This document shows, in pieces, positions 8,827 to 18,622 of a stretch of DNA of 64,000 bases (position 1 is the stretch's first letter; each line of letters begins with the position of its first letter). This stretch comes from Nitrospirota bacterium (GTDB lineage: Bacteria > Nitrospirota > UBA9217): contig OY760142.1 in assembly GCA_963663225.1 (NCBI GenBank), forward strand, positions 1,888,001 to 1,952,000, read 5' to 3'. The position numbers and the translations under genes are program-made. The notes under the pieces are model-generated. The model was not told the origin of the DNA, searched no databases, and saw only the letters and a program-made list of their open reading frames with translations.

Positions 8827-8907
8827 CAATCCCTGCGACAGGGTTTAGCCGGTAGAGGAATGCAGGAAGTCGCGGAAAAATCTGATTCCTGCCGGAGGAG
8901 ACTCTAC
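8827..8907 (+). mobile_element. Degenerate copy A of a short IS200/IS605-end-like palindromic element
   Basis: Shares CAATCCCTGCGACAG, GAGGAATGCAG.AAGTCGCGG and TCCTGCCGGAGG.GACTC.AC with 21514-21624. Confidence 0.6.
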
Positions 8908-8939
8908 TCCTGCACCGTATCGTTTACGTGAAAAAGAAC

Positions 8940-8967
8940 TAAAGTTTCGGGTGGAACTTACCGAAAC
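8940..8967 (+). promoter_or_regulatory. Putative sigma28 (FliA) promoter of the MCP gene
   Basis: TAAAGTTT-N12-ACCGAAAC versus consensus TAAAGTTT-N11-GCCGATAA, upstream of a chemoreceptor. Confidence 0.5.
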
Positions 8968-9101
8968 AATAAGCAACTAATTGCGCAAATTTTAGATTGG
9001 TGAATCTTGTATTCAGATTGTAGAATACTCTGTAATATAAATAAATTTGACGTTTTCGCTCACGAACATATAAGCCGGACTCAGAATGAGAAAGGGTAAT
9101 C

Positions 9102-10889
9102 ATGGAGCTATTTAAGAATGTCTATAATTACTTGGAAGCGCATTTTTTCAACTCTCTGGTAAAAAAAATCGTCGGCAACATCCTGTCGTTTTTTATCATG
9201 ACGATCCTTCTCTTCGGACTTTGCTGGTGGGGCATCGCATCGGTGCGGGATTTCATGGTTGCCGTTAAAATCGACGAGGCTGTCTCAGCAGGTTTGCAGG
9301 CCAAGCTGAACCTTATATCGATACTGTCGGCCTGTCTTCTTGTGATCTCGGTCGTGCTTCTGATTGTGACGATTTCCCTGTTAAAGTTTTCCATGGTCCG
9401 GCCCATTACCGGCATTTCCAGAACATTCACCGAGGAAGACATATCAAAGGATCTTCCTTTGATGACTCATGATGAAATCCGCGATTTGTCGGAAGCATAC
9501 AACGCGTTTATTAAAAAAATCCGAGTAATTTTAAGCACGACACGCCAAACTGCGCTCAAGATCGCTCTCGAATCGACAAAAGTCTCAAAAGGATTCAAGG
9601 ATTCCTCAGCTGATGCGCAAAAACAGGGAGAATTTGCCAACGTAATTCTTACGACCAGCAAGGACGTCAATGCGGCGATCAACGAGGTTTCTCAGAATGC
9701 GGTGACTATTTCAACTTCAACGACGGAGCACCTGAAAACAGCTACCGCTTCTCTGAAGGAATTGGATGAAGTCAATGCGAAAATCGGGGACATGACGAAA
9801 AAACTTTCCGGATTCGGAATGACGGTCGTTGAATTAAACAAGAATTCGGAAAAAATAAAGGACATCGTTCTGCTTATCAAAGGCATCTCCGATCAGACAA
9901 ACCTTCTCGCACTGAATGCGGCCATTGAGGCCGCACGGGCAGGGGAGCAGGGCCGTGGTTTTGCCGTTGTTGCCGATGAAGTGCGCAAATTGGCGGAACG
10001 GGTCAACGGAGCAACAGAGGAAATTTCCGTCAACATAAACACGATGCTTGAACGGGTGCAGGTGACGTTGAACGAATCGAGCGAAATCAATGAGCACATG
10101 CTGACGACAAAGGAAATCGTGGCAAAAACATCGGGAGATTTCACGCGCATGGTCAAGGATTTTGAAAACAACAGCATGCAGCTGAACAGGATTGCGTCAG
10201 CGATTGAAGAATTGTCGCAGACCAACGGCGAAATCACCAGACAGGTCGAGGATATTCATGCCTTAAGCCGCTCTGTTGCGAATAGTCTCGAAGGGTCTTC
10301 AGTCTTTTCCAACGGCTTGAATAAAATCACCGAAACGATGCTTGAAAATGTGACCAAATTCAGGCTCGGGAGGGACAGTTTCGAAGAAGCATTTTTGAAG
10401 GTCAAGGGCTACAGAAGCCTGTATGAAAGCAAACTCGAAGCCGCATACAAAAAAGGGATCAATGTCTTGGATGCGAATTATAAACCGGTACCGAACACCA
10501 ACCCGCAGAAATATACAACGGCGTATAACAGCTTTGTCGACACAGAACTCCAGTCGCACTTTGACAAAGCGCTGCAGAAAATTTCAGGAAGCGTCTATTG
10601 CATTCTGACCGATGTCAACGGCTATATCGGAACCCACCACAGCCATCTTTCGAAGGAGATGACGGGCGATTACGAAAAGGATCTGCAGTACAGCAGGCAC
10701 CGGAAAATGTACTTCTCCAATGAGACAGAGAAGAGACGGTCGACGAACACCCAGCCGTTTTTATTCCAGACCTACCAGCGCGATACCGGTGAAATTATCA
10801 CCGACCTCTCGATGCCCATCTATGTGAACGGCAGGCATTGGGGCGCCGTCGTTGTGGGCATCAAACCGGAATCCCTGATGAAGAATTAG
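9102..10889 (+). CDS. Methyl-accepting chemotaxis protein with extra C-terminal domain
   Basis: Two TM helices, HAMP, signature [35 protein letters not shown]; about 170-aa C-terminal Cache-like region. Confidence 0.93.
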   Translation: MELFKNVYNYLEAHFFNSLVKKIVGNILSFFIMTILLFGLCWWGIASVRDFMVAVKIDEAVSAGLQAKLNLISILSACLLVISVVLLIVTISLLKFSMVRPITGISRTFTEEDISKDLPLMTHDEIRDLSEAYNAFIKKIRVILSTTRQTALKIALESTKVSKGFKDSSADAQKQGEFANVILTTSKDVNAAINEVSQNAVTISTSTTEHLKTATASLKELDEVNAKIGDMTKKLSGFGMTVVELNKNSEKIKDIVLLIKGISDQTNLLALNAAIEAARAGEQGRGFAVVADEVRKLAERVNGATEEISVNINTMLERVQVTLNESSEINEHMLTTKEIVAKTSGDFTRMVKDFENNSMQLNRIASAIEELSQTNGEITRQVEDIHALSRSVANSLEGSSVFSNGLNKITETMLENVTKFRLGRDSFEEAFLKVKGYRSLYESKLEAAYKKGINVLDANYKPVPNTNPQKYTTAYNSFVDTELQSHFDKALQKISGSVYCILTDVNGYIGTHHSHLSKEMTGDYEKDLQYSRHRKMYFSNETEKRRSTNTQPFLFQTYQRDTGEIITDLSMPIYVNGRHWGAVVVGIKPESLMKN

Positions 10890-10902
10890 CGCTGCCCGCA
10901 CG

Positions 10903-12939
10903 TCACGCGGCATCCAGTGTTTCCCGCACCGTTTTCAGCAATACGCGCGGAGAAGCCGGTTTTTGAAGAAAGCGGACGTCGAGGCCAACCAGCGCCTGCG
11001 TTTCAAGGACGTCGGCCGTATACCCGCTTGTGAACAGGACCTTGACGTCAGGCCTCAGCCTCCGTATCTCATCGTACACGGCCTTCCCATTTTTTTTCGG
11101 CATAATCACATCAAGAATGACCAGGTGAACCGGCTTCCTGGATTCCGAGAATTCTCTTACTGCTTCCTCCCCGTCCCGAGCTTCTACAATGGTATAGCCC
11201 GCATCTTCCAGGACTGCCGTTGTCATTCTGCGGACCGCTTCATCGTCTTCTGCAATCAGGATTGTTTCCGTTCCGCCGCCGGTCTGCGGGGGAGATTCGC
11301 TTTTTGTCGCGTCGAGGGCCTGGACGGGGACAAGGGGGATGTAAATTTTAAAGGTTGCGCCTCTGCCCGGTTCACTATACACATTGATGTAGCCTTTGTG
11401 CTGTTTGATGATGCCGTACACCATCGCAAGCCCCAGACCGGTGCCCTTCCCGACTTCCTTTGTAGTAAAAAAAGGATCAAAAATTTTTTCCGTCGTTTCG
11501 CGGGACATCCCCATGCCGGTGTCCGAAACGATGATCAGTGCATAACTGCCAGGCGTCCCGTAGCCGTGTGCGTAATAAAATCCTTCATCAAGGTCGATCT
11601 TTCCGGTCTCGATGAACAGTTTTCCGCCCTCCGGCATTGCATCGCGCGCATTGGTGAGCAGGTTCATTAAAATCTGTTCAATTTGGCCCGGGTCCGCATT
11701 AATCGTCAGCGGCTCGTCTGACAGCGTGGTGCGCAGCTCTATGTCTTCTCTCAAGAGAGAGGGAAAGATTTTTTTCACGGTGCGTACGATATCATTGACC
11801 TTGACCAGCCGGGGTTCGACAATCTGTCTTCTGCTGTAGGCGAGAAGACTTTTGATCAGGTGAACGGCCCGTTCCGATGATGCAAGAATATGTTCGACAT
11901 TGTGCAGCAGCGGGTCATTTTTTGGAACCTGCATCTGGAGTATTGTTGCGTACCCGATGATTGCCGTAAGAATGTTGTTGAAATCGTGGGCTATGCCGCC
12001 GGCAAGTACCCCTATTGCTTCCATCTTCTGTGCGCTGCGGAGCTGGGTCTCCAGATGCATGCGGTCGGTGACATCTTCCCCGGAGCTCAGTATCCCGGAA
12101 AAAGTTCCCTCCGCATCCCTTAAGACCAGGTGGTGCCATGCAATCATGTGTTGGTTGCCGTTCGCGGCCAGCACCGGGCTTTCCATGTGCTTGAACTGGC
12201 CGAGGATCCCCTTTTGCAGCATTAAAAACACATTGCGTGATTCCTCCCGGTTTGTTTCCGGCACAAAGTTTTGAAACCAGTTTTTGTGGAGGATTTTTTG
12301 CTCGTCACAACCGATAATTTCGCGTCCCCTTCTGTTGATCATAGTGACGCGCTCATCAGCGTCGAGGGCGACGAGCATCACACCCGCTACATCGAGGTAT
12401 TTTTGGGCAGTGTCCCGTTCTTGTTTGACGGCGTCTTCGTTCCGTCGCAAGGCCTGGATCGGGAGCCTGTGCAGGACAAAAAGTGCAAAAATTCCGAGCG
12501 GCAGCATCAGCATTATCAGCAGACAGGTTTTTAAGATGAGGGGAAGGTAAGAGCGGGATATTTCTATTCTGCCGACGACCGTGCCTGAGTCGAAAAGCTC
12601 ACGGGTTTTTTTTATCACGGGAGGATGCAATGCTTCTTTTGTCTCGACAACAAGTTCGTTCCTTGCCGTAAAAACGCGCTTGATTTCGGTCGGCTCGTTT
12701 TTTGAGCGTGGGGCGAGGTATTCCTCCAGGCGCACATGTTCAACCTCCCACATGGCGGGGTTCTGGGTAATGAACTGGGTTATTATCCGGGCACTGATTT
12801 CGGCCTCTGTTTCGATGCTTCCCGATAGGTATTGATAGGAGAGGAGAAAATACCCGAACGGAATGATAAGCACAATCAATGAAATAATACTGCCCGCGAG
12901 CCACGAAATGATCCGGGTTATGTTTCTGACCAGCAGCAT
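10903..12939 (-). CDS. PAS-domain hybrid sensor histidine kinase/response regulator
   Basis: GIAHDFNN H-box, [31 protein letters not shown] domain (LIAEDD, DVIMP). Confidence 0.95.
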   Translation of the reverse strand: MLLVRNITRIISWLAGSIISLIVLIIPFGYFLLSYQYLSGSIETEAEISARIITQFITQNPAMWEVEHVRLEEYLAPRSKNEPTEIKRVFTARNELVVETKEALHPPVIKKTRELFDSGTVVGRIEISRSYLPLILKTCLLIMLMLPLGIFALFVLHRLPIQALRRNEDAVKQERDTAQKYLDVAGVMLVALDADERVTMINRRGREIIGCDEQKILHKNWFQNFVPETNREESRNVFLMLQKGILGQFKHMESPVLAANGNQHMIAWHHLVLRDAEGTFSGILSSGEDVTDRMHLETQLRSAQKMEAIGVLAGGIAHDFNNILTAIIGYATILQMQVPKNDPLLHNVEHILASSERAVHLIKSLLAYSRRQIVEPRLVKVNDIVRTVKKIFPSLLREDIELRTTLSDEPLTINADPGQIEQILMNLLTNARDAMPEGGKLFIETGKIDLDEGFYYAHGYGTPGSYALIIVSDTGMGMSRETTEKIFDPFFTTKEVGKGTGLGLAMVYGIIKQHKGYINVYSEPGRGATFKIYIPLVPVQALDATKSESPPQTGGGTETILIAEDDEAVRRMTTAVLEDAGYTIVEARDGEEAVREFSESRKPVHLVILDVIMPKKNGKAVYDEIRRLRPDVKVLFTSGYTADVLETQALVGLDVRFLQKPASPRVLLKTVRETLDAA

Positions 12940-12941
12940 AG

Positions 12942-13799
12942 TTATTTTGCAGCCTCTGCTAAAAGAGGAATATTGCCTGTTTTCACAAGAATGGTGCGGC
13001 CGTCACCAGAACGAATAAAGTCACAAAAGATTTTGACCGGGCGGGGCGGTTGTTTGACAGTTATGAGAGAGAATGTTTTTGAAAAGGGATAAGAACCGCT
13101 GGCGAGTGTTTTGAGGTCTGGCCGAACGCCGTTCAAGGAGAGAATGCGTATTTTACGCTTTTCAGTGACAATCTGGGTCAGCGTGGAAAACCCGAATGCG
13201 CCCGGCGTTTTTTCAATTATACTCAAATTATCCTGGTCGGTTTTTGCGAGCAGCATTCCCTCTCGCTGCAGCGCGGCATCTACAAGACTGTTCATCTCCG
13301 GAGTCATTTTTCTAATCAGGCCGGTGTCGGCGTCGGCCGCAGGACGCAGGACCAGACGGACACGCTCTCCGTTTTTCCATGTTTTGAGCGTGCCTTTATA
13401 AATTGATTCAACGTCTCTGTTTGTCACATTGTTAATATGCATTTTATTATGAATAACAGGAACAAAAGGCGATTTTGCGTACTCTATCGGCACAAGACCG
13501 AGCGTTAATTCATCATTTATCAACGGTTTTGCCATTAATCCGATATCCAGCGAACCTTTTGCAACAGCCCTGACCGCACCGCTGCTGCCGATGCTGGGCA
13601 TGAAGATGATTTTTATTGAAGGATTTGATTTTTCAAAGGTTTTTGCGATTGATTTCATCGCACCAAGTGCGCTACCCGTACCTCCAATCCGTATAGTTTC
13701 CTGGGCGTTGGAGGCAAAGGGGGATAACGTGAGAAAAACCGTCAGAAGCACTATCTGCGCGCTTCCGTATGTCTTCCCTGCGATGTGCATTTCGGGCAT
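12942..13799 (-). CDS. PstS-like periplasmic substrate-binding protein
   Basis: Signal peptide, IRIGGTGS, GSSGA..A, SGSYPF; no permease adjacent. Confidence 0.8.
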   Translation of the reverse strand: MPEMHIAGKTYGSAQIVLLTVFLTLSPFASNAQETIRIGGTGSALGAMKSIAKTFEKSNPSIKIIFMPSIGSSGAVRAVAKGSLDIGLMAKPLINDELTLGLVPIEYAKSPFVPVIHNKMHINNVTNRDVESIYKGTLKTWKNGERVRLVLRPAADADTGLIRKMTPEMNSLVDAALQREGMLLAKTDQDNLSIIEKTPGAFGFSTLTQIVTEKRKIRILSLNGVRPDLKTLASGSYPFSKTFSLITVKQPPRPVKIFCDFIRSGDGRTILVKTGNIPLLAEAAK

Positions 13800-13979
13800 G
13801 ATCCTTTCTTACGTCCAGAACCGATCCCACAAATGCCATCCCCCGGTACCAATGTATTATTGTTTCTATTGTATCTCGTAATATAATATTTTGCTATACT
13901 AAATTAACCTGTTGTTACAACAACTTCTCCCCTGACGCGGGCAGGGAAATGATAAATTGCCATTGAACAAGAGGACTGT

Positions 13980-14777
13980 ATGAACAAAAGATTTTTTCTT
14001 GTGGTGCTTTTTCTTTGCTGTATGCTTTCCTGCCAGACCGTGCCGATTACCGGCAGACAGCAGCTCAGCCTGCTTCCCGGTGACACAGTGCTTTCGATGA
14101 GCTTTGCTTCCTACAAGGAGTTTATGGGGAAACACAAGGTAGTGAGAGACACTGATGACGCTCGCATGGTTCGGCGGGTGGGGCAGCGGATACAGAGTGC
14201 GGTGGAACGCTATTTTTCAGGACACGGCATGTCGGAACGGCTCAAAGGATATCAATGGGAGTTCAACCTTGTCGAGGACAAGGAAGTCAATGCGTGGTGC
14301 ATGCCTGGCGGGAAGGTCGTTGTCTATACCGGCATCCTGCCGGTTACACGCGATGAGACGGGGCTTGCCGTGGTTTTAGGACATGAAATTTCTCATGCCG
14401 TTGCCAGCCATGGGGACGAGCGAATGAGCCAGGGGCTTGTTGCGCAGATGGGCGGCCTCGCGCTTTCTGTCGCGCTTTCGCAGCAGCCGAGAGAGACAAA
14501 TGATCTGTTCTTGGCAGCCTATGGCGTCGGTGTCCAGGTCGGAGCCCTGCTTCCCTATAGCAGACTGCATGAGTCGGAAGCCGACCAGCTGGGTTTGATT
14601 TTCATGGCCATGGCGGGGTATGATCCGCACAGCGCGATTGAGTTTTGGAAGAGAATGGCAGCGTCAAAAAAGGGCGGGGCGCCGGTTGAATTGCTCAGCA
14701 CCCACCCCGCAGATGCGACGCGGATCAAAAACATCGAGTCGCATCTTTCCGATGCTATGACATACTATCGAAAATAA
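13980..14777 (+). CDS. M48 family metallopeptidase (lipoprotein)
   Basis: LSC lipobox, NAWCMPGG, HEISH zinc motif, ESEAD, LSTHP. Confidence 0.93.
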   Translation: MNKRFFLVVLFLCCMLSCQTVPITGRQQLSLLPGDTVLSMSFASYKEFMGKHKVVRDTDDARMVRRVGQRIQSAVERYFSGHGMSERLKGYQWEFNLVEDKEVNAWCMPGGKVVVYTGILPVTRDETGLAVVLGHEISHAVASHGDERMSQGLVAQMGGLALSVALSQQPRETNDLFLAAYGVGVQVGALLPYSRLHESEADQLGLIFMAMAGYDPHSAIEFWKRMAASKKGGAPVELLSTHPADATRIKNIESHLSDAMTYYRK

Positions 14778-14805
14778 CAGGTGAGGTGCAGCTTACGATG
14801 ATGCT

Positions 14806-14880
14806 TTATAGAGCATATTGCATGAACAGCAGCAAATCCCTGTGTTCTTCGGCAATGAGGATGGTTTCCCGGTTCAGTGC
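14806..14880 (-). pseudogene. Remnant of a receiver-domain start (ETILIAEEHRDLLLFMQYAL*)
   Basis: Out of frame, just past the kinase stop at 14924; resembles ETILIAEDD of the neighbouring hybrid kinase. Confidence 0.55.
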
Positions 14881-14923
14881 TCTTTCTCAGGCGGGTTTGG
14901 AGCACTGCCGCTTTCGTGTCCGG

Positions 14924-17251
14924 CTATATGGCCGGCAGATAGATATAAACCGAGGTTCCTTTTCCCGGTTCGCTTGAGACAGCGGTGAATCCCTTGTGCT
15001 GACTGACGATGCCATGCACAATCGAAAGCCCGAGCCCGACCCCTTTCCCGACCTCTTTTGTCGTAAAAAATGGTTCGAATATTTTTTGTTTTTCAGCTTC
15101 GGTCATCCCGCAACCGGTATCCGAGACAACAATAACGACATAAGTCCCGTTTTCAGGGACACCGTGGGTCTGCGAAAAAACGTTGTCCATTGCCGCGCGA
15201 CGGGTCTCAATCGTGAGCGTTCCACCTTGGGGCATGGCGTCGCGTGCGTTAACGGCCAGGTTCAGCAATACTTGGCCCATCTGGATGCGGTCTGCAGTGA
15301 TGGCCGGGTCTTCTTCCGTCAGCAGCAGTTTCAACCCGATGTCTTCACCGAGAAGCCTTTGCAGGAGTTTTTCCATGCTTTGCACGATTTCATTGACCTG
15401 GCACGGTTTCAGCTCCAGCAGCTGCTTTCTGCTGAAGGCAAGAAGGCTCCGGGTGAGGTTTGCGGCGCGTTCGGAAGCGGCGGCTATCTGGTCAACGTGT
15501 TTTTTCAGCGGGTCCTCCTGGCCCATTTCATTCTGCAATAACGTGCAGTAGCCCATAAGGATCAGAAGGATGTTGTTGAAGTCGTGTGCCAAACCGCCGG
15601 CAAGCGTGCCGATGGCTTCCATTTTCTGCGCATGGAGAAGCTGCTCCCGCAGAGCGGTTTTTTCCTCTTCAGCCTGCCGGTGCTCCACGATTTCGATTTG
15701 CAGCTGAAGGGTACGGTCTTTGACCCTGCTTTCCAGTTCCTCGTTTATGCGCTGGAGTGCTTCTTCCGCGTTTTTCCGGTCCGTGATGTCGGAAAGAAAA
15801 CCTTCTACGAAGAGAGGATCACCGGCAGGATCGCGCACCAGGCGGGCGTTGATGGAAACCCAGACTTTTTTCCCGTCTTTACGGAAAAACTGGGTCTCAA
15901 ATCCCGTTACTATTCCTTGTTTAAGAAGCGAAGCGAGAAACATATCCCGTTCCGCCGGATGAACATAGAGCTGCTGCTTGATATCGGTTATTGCCGTAGT
16001 AAATTCTTCCGGTGAATCATAGCCGAGTATGTTGGCGATTGCCGGATTGGCGCTTAATAGATGCCCTGCGGGTGTTGCCTGATAGATTCCTTCGATGGCG
16101 TTTTCGAAAATACTGCGGTATTGCGCCTCCGTGTTGCGGATGATGGCTTCCCGCTGTGCCAATTGGATGGCCATGTCATTGAAGTTTGTTGCAAGTTGTC
16201 CGAATTCATCCTGTGATTGCACCTTCAGGGCCTCTACTCTCAAATTTCCTGCTGCAATTTCCCGGACGTGTTCGGTCAAGTCATGCAGCGGGCGGGTCAG
16301 GCGTCTGGATGTCAGGACAATGGCAGCGCATGCCGCGATGAGAATGGCCAGCATTATGACCAGCAGCGATCTGACCATGCGCGAAGCAGGGGAAAAAAAT
16401 TCTTTTTCCGGCACAACGGTTGCCACGGACCATCCGGTGATCGGTATTGGCTGGTAGAAAGCTACGTTTTTTCGTCCCTGCAGCGTGTAGCGGTGCATGC
16501 CTGATGCGCCTGACGTCATGTGTTGTGCCAGTTCGCGTACAGAAGGTTCCTTAAAATCGTTCAAATTTTTTTTCATCGAGAAATTACTGTCGGGATGATA
16601 AATAAGCAGGCCGTCACTATCTACAACCATGCTGTAACCCGTTGGATATACTTTCAGGTTCTCCGCAAGCTTCTGTACGTATTCCAGAGAAATTCCCGCG
16701 CCGATCATTCCTTGGGGCCGATCGTGCTCATCTTGAATCGGCGCAACAAGAAATATTGTCGGTATGCCGGTGGTCCTGGATACAAGAGGCGGAGTAATCT
16801 GTGCCGCCCCTCCTGACATAATAGATTTGAAATAAGGACGGTCCGCGATCCGGCCGACAGAAATGGCATAGGTATTGCCGGTTTGTCGTACCGTATGATA
16901 TTCCCCTTGACGGTTGACCGCATAAATGTCCTGAAAGATATCGGGATGCTTTCCATGAAGAATTTTGTGACGGTTGATATTTTGAATGTCCAGCGCAGCG
17001 AAATTCCGGTTTATAGCTTTTGCCGCCGGAGTTGAGGCAATGGTCTCAGGCTCGATCAGCAGGGTCTTGAACCACAGATTGATGCTTTCAGCGGTTTTGC
17101 TGGTTGTGGCCAGCATGCTTGTCGTTAATTCCCGCTCGATGAGGTTGCTGATGTACCAGTGCGCTCCCGCGCTGAGTGCAAGAAACTCTGCGACGAGAAT
17201 GAGCATAAGCCATACTAGCAACTTGCTTCTATAGGAGAGGTTTTTAAACAA
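14924..17251 (-). CDS. dCache-HAMP-PAS sensor histidine kinase (ends directly after HATPase)
   Basis: TM-dCache-TM-HAMP, PAS (FENAIEGIYQ), GLAHDFNN, PFFTTK..GLGL; TTG start. Confidence 0.9.
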   Translation of the reverse strand: MFKNLSYRSKLLVWLMLILVAEFLALSAGAHWYISNLIERELTTSMLATTSKTAESINLWFKTLLIEPETIASTPAAKAINRNFAALDIQNINRHKILHGKHPDIFQDIYAVNRQGEYHTVRQTGNTYAISVGRIADRPYFKSIMSGGAAQITPPLVSRTTGIPTIFLVAPIQDEHDRPQGMIGAGISLEYVQKLAENLKVYPTGYSMVVDSDGLLIYHPDSNFSMKKNLNDFKEPSVRELAQHMTSGASGMHRYTLQGRKNVAFYQPIPITGWSVATVVPEKEFFSPASRMVRSLLVIMLAILIAACAAIVLTSRRLTRPLHDLTEHVREIAAGNLRVEALKVQSQDEFGQLATNFNDMAIQLAQREAIIRNTEAQYRSIFENAIEGIYQATPAGHLLSANPAIANILGYDSPEEFTTAITDIKQQLYVHPAERDMFLASLLKQGIVTGFETQFFRKDGKKVWVSINARLVRDPAGDPLFVEGFLSDITDRKNAEEALQRINEELESRVKDRTLQLQIEIVEHRQAEEEKTALREQLLHAQKMEAIGTLAGGLAHDFNNILLILMGYCTLLQNEMGQEDPLKKHVDQIAAASERAANLTRSLLAFSRKQLLELKPCQVNEIVQSMEKLLQRLLGEDIGLKLLLTEEDPAITADRIQMGQVLLNLAVNARDAMPQGGTLTIETRRAAMDNVFSQTHGVPENGTYVVIVVSDTGCGMTEAEKQKIFEPFFTTKEVGKGVGLGLSIVHGIVSQHKGFTAVSSEPGKGTSVYIYLPAI

Positions 17252-17564
17252 AATGTCTTATCTCCATAAAAAAACAGATGAGCACGGCCGTGATACTGCA
17301 GGAGCATCTCATCCGCGGAGCGTTCCATCCCGTTTGTAACCGTCCGTTACATTGGGAAAGTCGGTAACGATTGATAAACGCTGTGCTCCGTACAGCTAAA
17401 ATAAAATGGGAAGAGCGGAATGATTTAAGATGATTTATTATAACGAATCCTGCGGGAAAAAGGAAGGTTATGGAAGATAATGACTTTATGGGAAAAAACC
17501 AGCTTGCGGCCGCCGCGCCGGCGAAAGAATAATTTCAGCAAGCTATTCAAGCACCGCACGCTGG

Positions 17565-18620
17565 CTATTCTTGTGGATACCAGAACAGGTGGTTGAATGT
17601 AAGGCAGCAAGTTTCACCTTCGGCAAAGTCCGCGCTTCTTCTATTTTTTTGGATCCGCACTTCGGTATCGCAGATCATGACCCTGTAGTCAATGATGTCT
17701 CCCAGATAAACTTTTCTCTTAATAATGGCTTGAACGCCGCCTTGTTTACGGATGTCGATTTCCGAAGGCCTGCAGGCAAGAACCATTCTTTCGGACGTAC
17801 TATCCGACGGAAGATTTTTGCTGACGCATCCCGACTCCTCAGCGCCGGCAATGTAAGCGGCGCCGTTTTTAATGATGACCGGCAGAAAGTTCGAGAGCCC
17901 GATAAAGCTGAAGATAAACCGGTTCGTCGGTTTTGTGTAAACGTTCAGAGGCGTGTCCATCTGCTGAAGAACACCGTCCCGCATGACCATAATTCTGTCT
18001 GAAAGCGCCATGGCTTCCGATTGGTCATGAGTGACGAATATGATGGTGAAGCCGAACTTGCGTTGCAGGTCCTTGATTTCAAACCGCATTTCTTCTCGCA
18101 ATTTCGGATCCAGGTTTGACAAAGGTTCGTCCAGCAGCATTACATCAGGATTGATTGCAATGGCCCGGGCCAGTGCAATCCGCTGTTTCTGGCCGCTTGA
18201 CAGCTCGTTCGGGTACGCTGTTTCATACCTGGCAAGTCCGGTGTACAGGATCGCATTTTTCGTGCGTTCCGCAATTTCGTTGCGCGGCAATTTTCTGATC
18301 TGGAGCGGGAATGCCACATTGTTGAAAACATCCAGATGGGGCCAAACGGCAAATGCCTGGAATACCATGCCGAAGTTCCTCTGCTCCGGCGGCAGATAAT
18401 ACTTCTTATAGCTTGAGGAAAAAAGCTTTCCTCCGATGGAAATTTCTCCTTCGTCAAGGTCCTCGAAGCCTGCCACCATTCTGAGGGTTGTTGTTTTACC
18501 GCAGCCGGAAGGCCCCAGCATGGAGAAGCATTCTCCCTTTTCTATGTCGATGGTCAGGTTGTTGACGGCGGTGACCGCGCCGAAGCGCTTCGTTACACTC
18601 TGGAGTTTTACAAAGGACAC
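17565..18620 (-). CDS. ABC transporter ATP-binding protein (PotA/FbpC family)
   Basis: [30 protein letters not shown]-like C-terminus; GTG start. Confidence 0.93.
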   Translation of the reverse strand: MSFVKLQSVTKRFGAVTAVNNLTIDIEKGECFSMLGPSGCGKTTTLRMVAGFEDLDEGEISIGGKLFSSSYKKYYLPPEQRNFGMVFQAFAVWPHLDVFNNVAFPLQIRKLPRNEIAERTKNAILYTGLARYETAYPNELSSGQKQRIALARAIAINPDVMLLDEPLSNLDPKLREEMRFEIKDLQRKFGFTIIFVTHDQSEAMALSDRIMVMRDGVLQQMDTPLNVYTKPTNRFIFSFIGLSNFLPVIIKNGAAYIAGAEESGCVSKNLPSDSTSERMVLACRPSEIDIRKQGGVQAIIKRKVYLGDIIDYRVMICDTEVRIQKNRRSADFAEGETCCLTFNHLFWYPQE

Positions 18621-18622
18621 GG

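Noticed and set aside
14921-14926. Pyrrolysine or readthrough at the kinase TAG
   Set aside because: The REC-like peptide is in a different frame and stops after about 20 residues, so readthrough would not restore a domain
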